32,000 nt of DNA from Longivirga aurantiaca (GTDB taxonomy: Bacteria > Actinomycetota > Actinomycetes > S36-B12 > CAIYMF01). The notes beneath the pieces were generated by a model. It saw only the letters and a program-made list of their open reading frames with translations, searched no databases and was not told where the DNA came from. The translations under genes and the position numbers were made by a program. Positions 1-8,577 of the stretch are shown one piece after another (within the stretch, counting starts at the first letter, position 1; the number at the start of each line of letters is the position of its first letter). The stretch covers positions 570,001 to 602,000 of the forward strand of contig NZ_JBHSTI010000008.1 of NCBI RefSeq assembly GCF_042660085.1. The letters run 5' to 3'.

Positions 1-78
1 GTCGCGACCCTCGACGAGGCCGTCGCGCAGGTCGACGCCTACCGCGAGGGCACCCCCCTCACGCCCTGCACGCCCTGA
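1..78 (+). CDS. 3-prime end of an unidentified protein-coding gene entering from the left edge (partial)
   Basis: Frame 1 is open from base 1 to TGA at 76-78. All 25 sense codons end in G or C (VATLDEAVAQVDAYREGTPLTPCTP), matching the codon-position bias of real genes here. Too short to name. Confidence 0.4.
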   Translation, partial: VATLDEAVAQVDAYREGTPLTPCTP

Positions 79-96
79 GGCGGCGCGGGCGGCCGC

Positions 97-744
97 TCAG
101 CGGAAGGTGGCGAGGAGGGCGTCGGCGAGACGGGGCACGAGCTGCTCGCCGACGAGCACCTGGTCGTCGGCGTCGTGCGACCGCAGCCGCAGCGCGCACA
201 TCCGCCCGCCCCCGCGCGTGACGACGACGGCCATCCGCACGTCCTGGCGCTCGGGGTGCTCGGCCACGACCGAGGCCAGCCCGGCCTGGTCGTCCGGCAG
301 CGAGTCCTCGGCGGACGGCGGCAGCATGACGCGCTCGAGCACGAGGGCGGCCCCCTGCACCTCGTCGGGCCACGCGGTCGTGGCGAGCACCTCGTCGAGC
401 GGCTTGCTGTGGTCGAGGTGGTCCTGCTCGATGGGGGTGAGCGACGTCGGGTCCGCCGCCGCCTCGCCGAGCGCGGAGGCCAGGGCGGGCTCGAGCGCCA
501 CGAGCTCGCTGGTGCGGGCGAGCGCGAAGATGCGCGGGTTCTGGTCCCACCCGAGGTCGGCCACGTGCTTCTCGATCTCCCGCACGAGCTCCACCAGCCG
601 CATCGCCGCGGCGGCGGCCGCCAGCGCCTCGGGGTCGGCGGGGACGCCGGGAACCGTCACGGTCGCCTGATCGTCGTCGGGGAGGGGGGAGTGGTCGTCG
701 CTCGTCACGCCGCGATTGTGCCCCCTCCACCCGATCAGACCCAC
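97..744 (-). CDS. conserved actinobacterial hypothetical protein (PPA1309-like family, typically divergent from UPF0182)
   Basis: 215-aa acidic ORF with strong GC3 bias, divergently adjacent to the UPF0182 gene. Start uncertain: ATG 744 or GTG 708 (VTSDDHSPL). Family name recalled from typical gene neighbourhoods, not from a search. Confidence 0.6.
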   Translation of the reverse strand: MGLIGWRGHNRGVTSDDHSPLPDDDQATVTVPGVPADPEALAAAAAAMRLVELVREIEKHVADLGWDQNPRIFALARTSELVALEPALASALGEAAADPTSLTPIEQDHLDHSKPLDEVLATTAWPDEVQGAALVLERVMLPPSAEDSLPDDQAGLASVVAEHPERQDVRMAVVVTRGGGRMCALRLRSHDADDQVLVGEQLVPRLADALLATFR

Positions 745-820
745 CTCCGGTCCGCCGACGTCGTACGTCGCGGACCCTCACGGAAGGCCACGTGATGAGC
801 CGCCACGTAGGGTGCGACTC

Positions 821-3793
821 GTGAGCTACGAGAATCCCCCTGGTGACGGCGGCCGCGGTCCGCGCCTCGTCGTCGCCGAGCCCGCAGGCCGGCGCAGCCG
901 CACCCTGATCACCACCCTCGTGATCCTGGGGGTGCTGCTCCTGGCGTTCGTCATCCTGACGGGCTTCTGGACCGACCTCCTGTGGTACCAGTCGGTGGAC
1001 GCCCAGAGCGTCTTCTCGACCACGCTCATGACGCGCGTGGGGCTCCTGATCGTGTTCGGCCTGCTCATGGCGGCGATCGTCGGGCTCAACATGTGGCTGG
1101 CGTACCGCTTCCGGCCGGTGTTCCCGACCATGTCGCCGGAGCAGGCGAGCCTCGAGCGCTACCGCCAGGCCCTCGCTCCCGTACGCCGGTTCCTCTTCAT
1201 CGCGGTGCCGGGGTTCCTCGGCCTGCTCGCCGGCGTCAGCGCGTCGGCGGAGTGGCAGACCTGGCTCGAGTGGCGCAACGCGACCGACTTCGGCCAGACC
1301 GACCCGCAGTTCGGCCTCGACATCTCGTTCTACGTCTTCACGCTGCCGTTCCTGCGGTTCGTGCTCGGATTCCTGACCGCGGCGATCGTGCTCGCGTTCC
1401 TCGCGTCGCTCGTCGTGCACTACCTCTACAGCGGCATCAGGCTGCAGCCGGCGGACGACCGCTTCAGCCGCGCCGCACAGGTGCACCTCGGGATCCTGGC
1501 CGGCGTGTTCGTGCTGCTGCGCGGCGTGGGCTTCTGGCTCGACCGGTACGAGCTCTCCCTCTCGACCGACGACTTCGTGCCCGGCATCACCTACAAGGAT
1601 GTCAACGCGCTCCTGCCGGGGCTCACGATCCTCGCGATCATCTCGGTGGTCTGCGCGCTCCTGTTCTTCGCCAGCGCGTTCCGGGACGGGTTCACGCTCG
1701 CCGTCACCGGCTTCGTGCTGCTGCTCGGCTCGTCGATCATCATCGGCTCGGTCTACCCGGCGTTCGTGCAGAACTTCCAGGTGAAGCCGACCGAGCTCGA
1801 CCGCGAGCGGCCGTACATCCAGCGCAACATCGACGCCACGAGGGCTTCGTACGGCCTCGACAAGGTGGTCGTGACGCCCTACGCGGCGACCGACGCCCCT
1901 AGCGAGGCTGCCATCGAGGCGAGCAAGGGCACGATCGACAACATCCGCCTGCTCGACCCGGCCATCGTGTCGCCGACGTTCAACAAGCTGCAGGGCATCC
2001 GGTCGAACTACCGCTTCCCCGACTCGCTCGACGTCGACCGCTACGAGATCAACGACGAGCGCCGCGGCGCGATCATCGCCGTCCGCGAGCTCTACCTCGC
2101 CGGCCTGCCCGACTCGCAGCGCAACTGGGCGAACAACCACATCTTCTACACGCACGGCTTCGGCGTGGTCGCGGCGTACGACAACACCGCCAACGCCGGT
2201 GGCTCGCCGGCGTTCTTCGAGAGCGACCTGCCGCCTGTGGGCGAGCTCGACGTGAAGCAGCCCCGCATCTACTACGGCGAGTACGCCCCGGACTACTCGA
2301 TCGTCGGTGCGCCCGAGGGCTCGGCGCCGCGCGAGCTCGACTACCCGGACGACAACGCGCCGGACGGTCAGGCGGTCTACACCTACACCGGTGCGGGCGG
2401 CATCCCGATCGGCAACCCGCTCAACAAGGTGCTGTTCGCCGCGAAGTACCAGGACACCAACATCCTGCTCTCGGACCTCGTCAACGAGGAGTCCAAGATC
2501 CTCGAGGTGCGCGACCCCCGCGACCGCGTGGAGAAGGTCGCGCCGTGGCTGACGGTCGACGGCGACCCGTACCCGGTCGTGGCCGACGGCCGCGTGCTCT
2601 GGATGGTCGACGCGTACACGACGACCAACCGCTACCCGAACGCGTCGAGCACCTCGCTCGGCGACGCGACGACCGACGCGCTGTCGCAGCGCGCCTCGAA
2701 CCTCACCACCCAGCCGCGGACGCAGATCAACTACATCCGCAACGCGGTCAAGGCCACGGTCGACGCCTACGACGGCACCGTCACCCTCTACGAGTGGGAC
2801 ACCACCGACCCGCTGCTCAAGACGTGGATGAAGGTCTTCCCCAACCAGGTGAAGCCCCGCGCGTCGATGCCGCAGGCGGTGCTCGACCACGTGCGCTACC
2901 CCGAGGACATCTTCAAGGTGCAGCGCCTGATCTTCGCGCGCTACCACGTGACCGCACCGGACGTGTTCTTCAGCGGCCAGGACTTCTGGAACGTGCCGAA
3001 CGATCCGACGCGCACCACCACGTCGGTCGCGCAGCCGCCCTACTACCTGCAGGTGCAGCTGCCCGGGTCGCCGGCGCCGGTGTTCTCGCTGACGACGACG
3101 TACGCCCCGCAGCGGCGCGACACCCTCGCCGCCTTCATGGGCGTCAACTCCGAGCCTGGCCCCGACTACGGCACGATCCGCGTGCTGCAGCTGCCGAGCC
3201 AGACGACCATCCCTGGCCCGAAACAGGTGCAGAACAACTTCGAGTCCGATCCCACGGTGGCCTCGCAGCTCTCGCTGCTGCGCCGCGGTGGCTCGGACGT
3301 CGACCTCGGCAACCTGCTGACGCTGCCGGTCGCCGGCGGCGTGCTGTACGTCGAACCCGTCTACGTGCGGGCGACGTCCGGCGAGGGCTTCCCGCTCCTG
3401 CAGAAGGTGCTCGTCGGCTACGGCAGCAAGGTGGCCATGCGCGACACGCTGCAGCAGGCGCTCAGCGACGTGTTCGACGGAGTCCCCGTGACGCCGCCGG
3501 ACAACGGCAACGGCAACGGGACGCCCACTCCGACACCGACCCCGACACCGGGGGAGGGCACGGCCGAGCAGCGGCTCGCGCAGGCCATCTCGGACGCCCA
3601 GGTGGCGTACGCGGCCGGCCAGGAGGCGCTCAAGGTGCAGGACTGGGTGGCCTACGGCCAGGCCCAGGCCGACCTGCAGACCGCCCTGGACGCCGCTGCT
3701 GCCGCATCGCTCGAGCTCGGCATCACCACGCCGGTGACGCCGTCGCCCGACGCGACGCCGTCCGCGACACCGAGCCCCGGCGCCTCCGCCTGA
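821..3793 (+). CDS. UPF0182 family integral membrane protein
   Basis: Track ORF 716-3793. Most plausible start is GTG 821 (VSYENPPG), followed by RRSRTLITTLVILGVLLLAFVILTGFWTDLLWYQSV, the characteristic UPF0182 N-terminus. Several hydrophobic helices fill the first third, then a large soluble domain. C-terminal GNGNG and TPTPTPTP low-complexity tail. Confidence 0.85.
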   Translation: MSYENPPGDGGRGPRLVVAEPAGRRSRTLITTLVILGVLLLAFVILTGFWTDLLWYQSVDAQSVFSTTLMTRVGLLIVFGLLMAAIVGLNMWLAYRFRPVFPTMSPEQASLERYRQALAPVRRFLFIAVPGFLGLLAGVSASAEWQTWLEWRNATDFGQTDPQFGLDISFYVFTLPFLRFVLGFLTAAIVLAFLASLVVHYLYSGIRLQPADDRFSRAAQVHLGILAGVFVLLRGVGFWLDRYELSLSTDDFVPGITYKDVNALLPGLTILAIISVVCALLFFASAFRDGFTLAVTGFVLLLGSSIIIGSVYPAFVQNFQVKPTELDRERPYIQRNIDATRASYGLDKVVVTPYAATDAPSEAAIEASKGTIDNIRLLDPAIVSPTFNKLQGIRSNYRFPDSLDVDRYEINDERRGAIIAVRELYLAGLPDSQRNWANNHIFYTHGFGVVAAYDNTANAGGSPAFFESDLPPVGELDVKQPRIYYGEYAPDYSIVGAPEGSAPRELDYPDDNAPDGQAVYTYTGAGGIPIGNPLNKVLFAAKYQDTNILLSDLVNEESKILEVRDPRDRVEKVAPWLTVDGDPYPVVADGRVLWMVDAYTTTNRYPNASSTSLGDATTDALSQRASNLTTQPRTQINYIRNAVKATVDAYDGTVTLYEWDTTDPLLKTWMKVFPNQVKPRASMPQAVLDHVRYPEDIFKVQRLIFARYHVTAPDVFFSGQDFWNVPNDPTRTTTSVAQPPYYLQVQLPGSPAPVFSLTTTYAPQRRDTLAAFMGVNSEPGPDYGTIRVLQLPSQTTIPGPKQVQNNFESDPTVASQLSLLRRGGSDVDLGNLLTLPVAGGVLYVEPVYVRATSGEGFPLLQKVLVGYGSKVAMRDTLQQALSDVFDGVPVTPPDNGNGNGTPTPTPTPTPGEGTAEQRLAQAISDAQVAYAAGQEALKVQDWVAYGQAQADLQTALDAAAAASLELGITTPVTPSPDATPSATPSPGASA

Positions 3794-3800
3794 CGTGCGT

Positions 3801-3841
3801 CCGCCCGGCCTCCCCGCACGGATTTGGAGGAGGCCGGGCGG
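3801..3841 (+). terminator. stem-loop just downstream of the UPF0182 stop codon
   Basis: ccgcccggcctcc (3801-3813) pairs perfectly with ggaggccgggcgg (3829-3841): 13-bp stem, 15-nt loop. It starts 8 nt after TGA 3791-3793. No U-tract. Confidence 0.5.
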
Positions 3842-3853
3842 CTCACGTATGGT
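3824..3853 (+). promoter_or_regulatory. candidate promoter for the tRNA gene
   Basis: TTGGAG (3824-3829), 18-nt spacer, TATGGT (3848-3853), about 30 nt upstream of the mature tRNA 5-prime end. Pattern match only. Confidence 0.3.
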
Positions 3854-3884
3854 GAGGTCACAGCAATCGGGGCAACCCGATCAC

Positions 3885-3958
3885 CGCGGGGTGGAGCAGC
3901 TCGGTAGCTCGCTGGGCTCATAACCCAGAGGTCGCAGGTTCAAATCCTGCCCCCGCTA
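3885..3958 (+). tRNA. initiator tRNA-Met (anticodon CAT)
   Basis: cgcggggtggagcagctcggtagctcgctgggctcataacccagaggtcgcaggttcaaatcctgcccccgcta folds as a cloverleaf with anticodon loop ctCATaa. Initiator hallmarks: unpaired C1/T72 and three consecutive G:C pairs (ggg/ccc) closing the anticodon stem. Near-identical in pattern to the E. coli initiator tRNA. CCA is not encoded. Confidence 0.95.
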
Positions 3959-3969
3959 CTTCGCAAGAC

Positions 3970-4002
3970 CGAAGGCCCTGACCCTCACGGTCAGGGCCTT
4001 CG
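3970..4002 (+). terminator. tRNA terminator hairpin
   Basis: cgaaggccctgacc (3970-3983) pairs with ggtcagggccttcg (3989-4002): 14-bp stem, 5-nt loop, 11 nt after the tRNA end. Confidence 0.6.
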
Positions 4003-4012
4003 TCGTACGCGG

Positions 4013-4048
4013 GGCCTTCGGTCTTGCCCCCAGCGGGGGCAGGATTTG
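4013..4048 (-). repeat. inverted partial copy of the tRNA-fMet 3-prime end plus its downstream flank
   Basis: ggccttcggtcttgcccccagcgggggcaggatttg equals the reverse complement of 3941-3977 (caaatcctgcccccgctacttcgcaagaccgaaggcc), except the central 4-5 nt. There are 15 and 17 perfectly matching nt on either side. Confidence 0.75.
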
Positions 4049-4120
4049 GGAGGAGCGCCGCAGGCGACTGCCGTCCGGCGCGAAGCGCCGCCCTTGCAGG
4101 TGCCTGCCCCACCACGACGG

Positions 4121-4175
4121 ATCCTGCCCCCGCTACGCAGACCGAAGGCCCGGACCATACGGGTCCGGGCCTTCG
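4121..4175 (+). repeat. direct partial copy of the tRNA-fMet 3-prime end with its own terminator-like hairpin (att-like scar)
   Basis: atcctgcccccgctac (4121-4136) is identical to 3944-3959. It is followed by gcagaccgaaggccc, and by a hairpin cgaaggcccggacc/ggtccgggccttcg (4143-4156 / 4162-4175) parallel to the hairpin at 3970-4002. The hairpin can also serve as terminator for the convergent TetR gene. Confidence 0.8.
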
Positions 4176-4213
4176 ACGAGTTCGCGGGCTCTCGTGGCGG
4201 AGGGAGCCCGCGA

Positions 4214-4909
4214 TCAGCGCCGCTCACGCCGGGCCGCTGCGCTGTGCTGCTGCGACGCGATGTCAGTGCCGTAGTGCTCGAGGGCCTGCGCCATGTCGCG
4301 CACGCGCTGGTTGCGGCCGTCGACGCCGTCGATCTGGGCTGCCAGGAAGTAGCCGTCGAAGAGGGCGACGCCGAGGCCGGCAAGGCGGTCTCCGATGATC
4401 CCGGCCACCTCGGGGCCTTCCGCCTCGAACGCCATGGCGATGAACTCGCGCATCCGTGCGTTGGCCTCGCTCCGGACGCGGTCCAGCACCTGCGCGACGT
4501 CGGGGTCGCGGTTGGTGATGAGCAGCGTCAGGAAGAGCCGGAGGAACTCCTCGTGCTCGTCGATGTTGTCGGCGATGTGCGTGAGGTACGCCTGGAGCCT
4601 GCTGCCGGCCTTGCCCCGCACCCGGATGGCGCCGGTGGAGTCGAAGAACCGGCGGGCTCCACGCTCCATGACGGCCGCGGCGATGGCTGCCTTGGAGTCG
4701 AACTGCCAGTAAATGGAGCTCTTCTGGAGACCCGACTCCTTGATGATCGCGGAGATGCTGGCGCCCTCGTAGCCGTACTCGGACATGACGCGGGATGCAG
4801 CGTCAAGGATCTCCTCGCGCGCGCGCTGGCCTTGGGCGTTTCGACGGATACCGGTGCCGGACACCCCGCTCTTCATGCGGCGATCGTAGGGCAGCCGGGA
4901 TCTTGACAT
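4214..4909 (-). CDS. TetR family transcriptional regulator
   Basis: N-terminal HTH region RAREEILDAASRVMSEYGYEGASISAIIKESGLQKSSIYWQFDSK is a typical TetR_N pattern, followed by a helical C-terminal ligand domain. Alternative start ATG 4876 (MKSGVSG). Divergent from the hydroxylase gene. Confidence 0.85.
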   Translation of the reverse strand: MSRSRLPYDRRMKSGVSGTGIRRNAQGQRAREEILDAASRVMSEYGYEGASISAIIKESGLQKSSIYWQFDSKAAIAAAVMERGARRFFDSTGAIRVRGKAGSRLQAYLTHIADNIDEHEEFLRLFLTLLITNRDPDVAQVLDRVRSEANARMREFIAMAFEAEGPEVAGIIGDRLAGLGVALFDGYFLAAQIDGVDGRNQRVRDMAQALEHYGTDIASQQHSAAARRERR

Positions 4910-4982
4910 GCCGTCGAGGGCGGCTAGGGTGTGATGAAACTAACTGGACCGGTCGGTACAGTACGAGCGGGAGGGCAACCCG
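4910..4982. promoter_or_regulatory. divergent promoter/operator region between TetR and the hydroxylase gene
   Basis: 73-bp spacer containing the lowest-GC patch of the neighbourhood (gtgatgaaactaactgg), the palindrome GACCGGTC (4947-4954), gtacagtac, and RBS gggaggg (4969-4975) before ATG 4983. Operator assignment is a guess. Confidence 0.3.
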
Positions 4983-6611
4983 ATGAATGTCGGCTCATTC
5001 GACGCTGACGTCGCGATCGTCGGTTACGGGCCCTCCGGGGTCGTGGCCGCCAGCATGCTCGGCAAGGCCGGCGTGCCCACCGTGGTGCTCGAGCGGGACG
5101 TGGACCTGTACTCACGCGCTCGCGCGGTCACCGTCAACGACTGGACGCTGCGGATCTTCCAGGAACTCGGGATCGCCGAGCGGGTGAAGGCCGACATGGA
5201 CGAGATGCCGGCGGTCAGCTGGAAGACGTACGAGGGCCGCCTCGTCTTCCGACTGGTGCAGAAGCCCGATGTCCTCGGCCACCCGACCGCGATGATGATC
5301 TACCAGCCGGAGATGGAGGCGGTGATCCGCGAGAACGCCTCGCGGCACGGGTCGCTGAACGTTCGCTTCGGCCACACCTTCACCGGCCTTGAGCAGGACG
5401 AGCACGGCGTCACGCTCCGTGCGACGGACCCAGAGGGAGCTCCGTACACCCTGCGGGTTCGCTACGTGATCGGCGCGGACGGCGGCTCCAGCCCAGCCCG
5501 AGAGGCGCTCGGCGCCACCATGGTGGGCACGACGCGGCCGCGGCGCTGGCTAGTGATCGACGGCGAGGTTCTGCGGCCCTGGCCGGGCTGCGACGAGCTG
5601 ACGTTCTGGTCGGACCCGGTGCGCCCCGTCGTCGACATCCCCCTGGCCAAGGGCAACCACCGCTGGGAGATCCCGCTGGCTCCTGGCGAGTCGGACGACG
5701 ACTACGCATCCGAGGAAGCGGTATGGGCGCGGCTGCGCGCGCTCGGCGTCACGACGGACCAGGTGCGGATCAAGGGATATGCGTTCTACAGCCATCATCT
5801 GCGCCACCTCGAGGGCTGGCGTCGCGACCGGGTCGTGCTCATCGGCGACGCCGCCCACCTCATGCCGCCGTGGGCGGGACAGGGGATGCAGTCGGGCATC
5901 CGCGATGCGCACAACGTCGCGTGGAAGCTGGCCGTCATCTGCGCCGGTCACGCCGGGCCGGACCTGCTCGACACCGTGGAGAGCGAGCGCTGGCCGCACG
6001 TGTCGCTCCTGACCGAGATGTCGGTCCGGCTCGGGATGTTCATCGAGGCCGACAACCGCGCCCTTGTCGCTGTGCGCAACACCGTCGCACCCCGGGCGAG
6101 GCACCTGCCGTTCTGGAACCGCATCCTGCAGCCCAGCAACGCCACCAACCGATTCGAGACGGGCTGGCTCACCGGCACCCCGGGGCGGCGCAACGCGCTT
6201 GGCCGGATGATCCCGCAGCCCACGGTGTTCGACCGGCAGGGCCGGCAGCACCTGCTCGACGACCTCGTCGGCAGCGGCTTCGTCGTCTTCGGCCTGGACT
6301 GCGACCCCCGGAGCCGGATGACCGCTGCTCAGGTGCGGGACTGGGAGCGACTCGGTGCCTCGTTCCGGACGGTCCGGCGCTCCTTCAGCACCACCGACGA
6401 GGCCGACGACGTCATCGACGCGAGAGGCGTCCTCGTCGACTGGCTGGAGCGTCACCGCACGAAGGTCGTGGTCGTCCGGCCCGACCGCTTCGTCGCCGCC
6501 ACGGACCTCACCGGCCTCGGCGTCCCCTCCGACCGGGGCAACCTCGGCCCCACCCGGCGCTCCGACGGCAGTACCGGCCGGACCGCGCCCACCGCCTCGG
6601 CCACCCACTGA
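4983..6611 (+). CDS. FAD-dependent aromatic-ring hydroxylase, MhpA-like (3-(3-hydroxyphenyl)propionate hydroxylase family)
   Basis: 542 aa. Dinucleotide fold DVAIVGYGPSGVVAASMLGKAG. GADGGSSPAREALG. GDAAHLMPPWAGQGMQSGIRDAHNVAWKL. Length and C-terminal extension fit MhpA/PheA-type flavoprotein monooxygenases. Confidence 0.9.
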   Translation: MNVGSFDADVAIVGYGPSGVVAASMLGKAGVPTVVLERDVDLYSRARAVTVNDWTLRIFQELGIAERVKADMDEMPAVSWKTYEGRLVFRLVQKPDVLGHPTAMMIYQPEMEAVIRENASRHGSLNVRFGHTFTGLEQDEHGVTLRATDPEGAPYTLRVRYVIGADGGSSPAREALGATMVGTTRPRRWLVIDGEVLRPWPGCDELTFWSDPVRPVVDIPLAKGNHRWEIPLAPGESDDDYASEEAVWARLRALGVTTDQVRIKGYAFYSHHLRHLEGWRRDRVVLIGDAAHLMPPWAGQGMQSGIRDAHNVAWKLAVICAGHAGPDLLDTVESERWPHVSLLTEMSVRLGMFIEADNRALVAVRNTVAPRARHLPFWNRILQPSNATNRFETGWLTGTPGRRNALGRMIPQPTVFDRQGRQHLLDDLVGSGFVVFGLDCDPRSRMTAAQVRDWERLGASFRTVRRSFSTTDEADDVIDARGVLVDWLERHRTKVVVVRPDRFVAATDLTGLGVPSDRGNLGPTRRSDGSTGRTAPTASATH

Positions 6612-6621
6612 TGGGAGCAGC

Positions 6622-7503
6622 ATGACCACCACCCGCGCAGCCGCCACCGCCGCGACGATCTCGACCACCGACGTGGCGGTCGGGGAGTGGAGGATCCGCA
6701 CCCACCTCGCCGGCGATCCCGCCGACCCCGCGATCCTGTGGCTCCACGGCTCCGGCCCCGGAGTGAGCGCCCTGTCGAACTGGCAGACGCTCATCACCAC
6801 GATGCCCGGCTATCGGCACATCGCGCCGGACGTCCTCGGCTTCGGCAACTCCTCGCACCCCGAGGACCTGCCGCTCGGCGTGGCCGGGTCCGCGTCGATG
6901 CGCGCCGCAGCCATGGAGGGGCTGCTCGACGCACTGGGCGTGACGAGGGCGCATCTCGTCGGGAACTCGATGGGCGGGATGATCGCGCTTCTCATGCTGA
7001 AGAGCCGGCCCGAGCGGTTCGACCGCGTCATTCTGATGGGCAGCGGCGGTGCACCGATGACGCCGACGCCCGACCTCATCGCCATGATCACCTACTACAA
7101 CGATCCCGGCGACGACTCCATGCGGGATCTCATCGGCCGCTTCGTGTTCGACACCGGCCTGTTCGGCGACGAGCTTGGCGCGATCGCAGCCGACAGGGCC
7201 GCCGTCGCAGGGCGTGGCGACGTCCGGCGGTCGCACCTGCGCACCTTCTCCCCGGACGGGCCGCCCTTGGTCTTCGCCGAGGAGGAGCTAGGGGGCATCC
7301 CGCACGAGGTGCTGCTCGTGCACGGGCGCGAGGACCGCATCATCCCCAAGCATGCGTCGTTCTACCTGGCAGACGCGCTCCCCAACGCACAGCTGCACGT
7401 CTTGCCCCACGCGGGCCACTGGGTGCAGATCGAGCAGACCGAACGGTTCCGGGCACTTGCCCAACAGTTCCTCGCAGGCACCGCAGACGGGGGTGCGGCA
7501 TGA
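6622..7503 (+). CDS. alpha/beta-fold meta-cleavage product (C-C bond) hydrolase, MhpC/BphD-like
   Basis: Start ATG 6622 with gggag upstream (track ORF 6355-7503 is over-extended). HGSGPG oxyanion region, nucleophile elbow GNSMGG, HGREDRIIP, and C-terminal HAGHWVQIEQ histidine motif. Confidence 0.9.
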   Translation: MTTTRAAATAATISTTDVAVGEWRIRTHLAGDPADPAILWLHGSGPGVSALSNWQTLITTMPGYRHIAPDVLGFGNSSHPEDLPLGVAGSASMRAAAMEGLLDALGVTRAHLVGNSMGGMIALLMLKSRPERFDRVILMGSGGAPMTPTPDLIAMITYYNDPGDDSMRDLIGRFVFDTGLFGDELGAIAADRAAVAGRGDVRRSHLRTFSPDGPPLVFAEEELGGIPHEVLLVHGREDRIIPKHASFYLADALPNAQLHVLPHAGHWVQIEQTERFRALAQQFLAGTADGGAA

Positions 7504-8507
7504 GCGACGTCTTCGGCCGGGTGCACCTCGGCTACCTCGTCGTCGAGACAGCGCGGATGACCGACTGGCGCCGTTTCGGCGCCGACGCCGTCGGCCTGCA
7601 CGTCGACAGCATGAGCCCCGACGTCATGCGCTTCCGCCTCGACGACCACGAGTGCCGATTCCTGCTCCAGCGGGGTCCCGCCGAGGACGTCACCGCCATC
7701 GGCTGGCAGGTCGACGACCACGAGACGTTCGACGACATCCTCGCCAGGGTCACCTCGCGCGGCCTCCCGGTATCGGAGGGGACGCCCGAGGAGTGCGCGC
7801 TGCGCGGCGTCGAGCGGCTCTGGCGCTTCGCCGGACCCAAGGGCGTGCACACCGAGATCTACACGACGCCGCTCACGACGACCAGGCCGCTGGTCATGAC
7901 GAACAAGGCGTTCGTGACCGGCGAGAGCGGCATGGGCCACCTCGCGATCGTGTCCAAGGACGTCCTCGGCATGCACGGGTACTACTCGACGCTGTTCGAC
8001 GCACGGCTGTCCGACTTCATCCTCGAGCGCATCGGGCCCATGAATCTGCGCATCCGGTTCCTTCGGGTGAACGAGCGCCACCACTCGATCGCCGTCGCCG
8101 GCGTGCGGCAGTGGGCGGTCAACCCGATCCGTACCCGCATTCAGCACGTCAACATCCAGGTCGCCGAGCTCGACGACATGGTCGCCGCCTATGAGCGGGT
8201 CACCGCCGAGGGGTTCCGCATGATGTGGTCCGTCGGTCAGCACCCCAACGACCGCGAGCTCTCGTTCTACTGCCGGACTCCGTCGGGCTTCGAGCTCGAG
8301 GTGGGCTGGAACCCCCTCGTGGTCACCCCCGATCTCGAGGTCGCCTGGGAGCCCACCACCTACCAGGGCATCTCGCTCTGGGGCCACACGCCCATCGGCG
8401 AGGACATCGTCCACAAGATGGGCATGGTCAGCCAGGCCCTGCGCTCGACGCGCGAGCACGAGATCGCCGTCCCCGAGCTGTGCGACCGGCAGTCCGTGCC
8501 CGCCTAG
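7500..8507 (+). CDS. type I (VOC-fold) extradiol ring-cleavage dioxygenase, BphC/HsaC-like
   Basis: ATG 7500 overlaps the hydrolase TGA (ATGA). Two-domain VOC pattern. Candidate metal ligands lie in MGHLAIV, IQHVNIQV and GFELEVGW. 335 aa. Confidence 0.85.
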   Translation: MSDVFGRVHLGYLVVETARMTDWRRFGADAVGLHVDSMSPDVMRFRLDDHECRFLLQRGPAEDVTAIGWQVDDHETFDDILARVTSRGLPVSEGTPEECALRGVERLWRFAGPKGVHTEIYTTPLTTTRPLVMTNKAFVTGESGMGHLAIVSKDVLGMHGYYSTLFDARLSDFILERIGPMNLRIRFLRVNERHHSIAVAGVRQWAVNPIRTRIQHVNIQVAELDDMVAAYERVTAEGFRMMWSVGQHPNDRELSFYCRTPSGFELEVGWNPLVVTPDLEVAWEPTTYQGISLWGHTPIGEDIVHKMGMVSQALRSTREHEIAVPELCDRQSVPA

Positions 8508-8577
8508 CCCCGACGGGTCCTGAACCGCGGCCCGCGGCGAAGCCACAGCGCCTTCCTCGTCGACTTCAGGAGGAGAC

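Noticed and set aside
59-2947. 962-aa minus-strand ORF covering the PPA1309-like and UPF0182 genes
   Set aside because: Arg/Gly/Asp/His-rich low-complexity translation with no recognisable motifs. It lies antisense to or out of frame with two convincing genes. This is a typical long spurious ORF of GC-rich DNA, where stop codons are rare.
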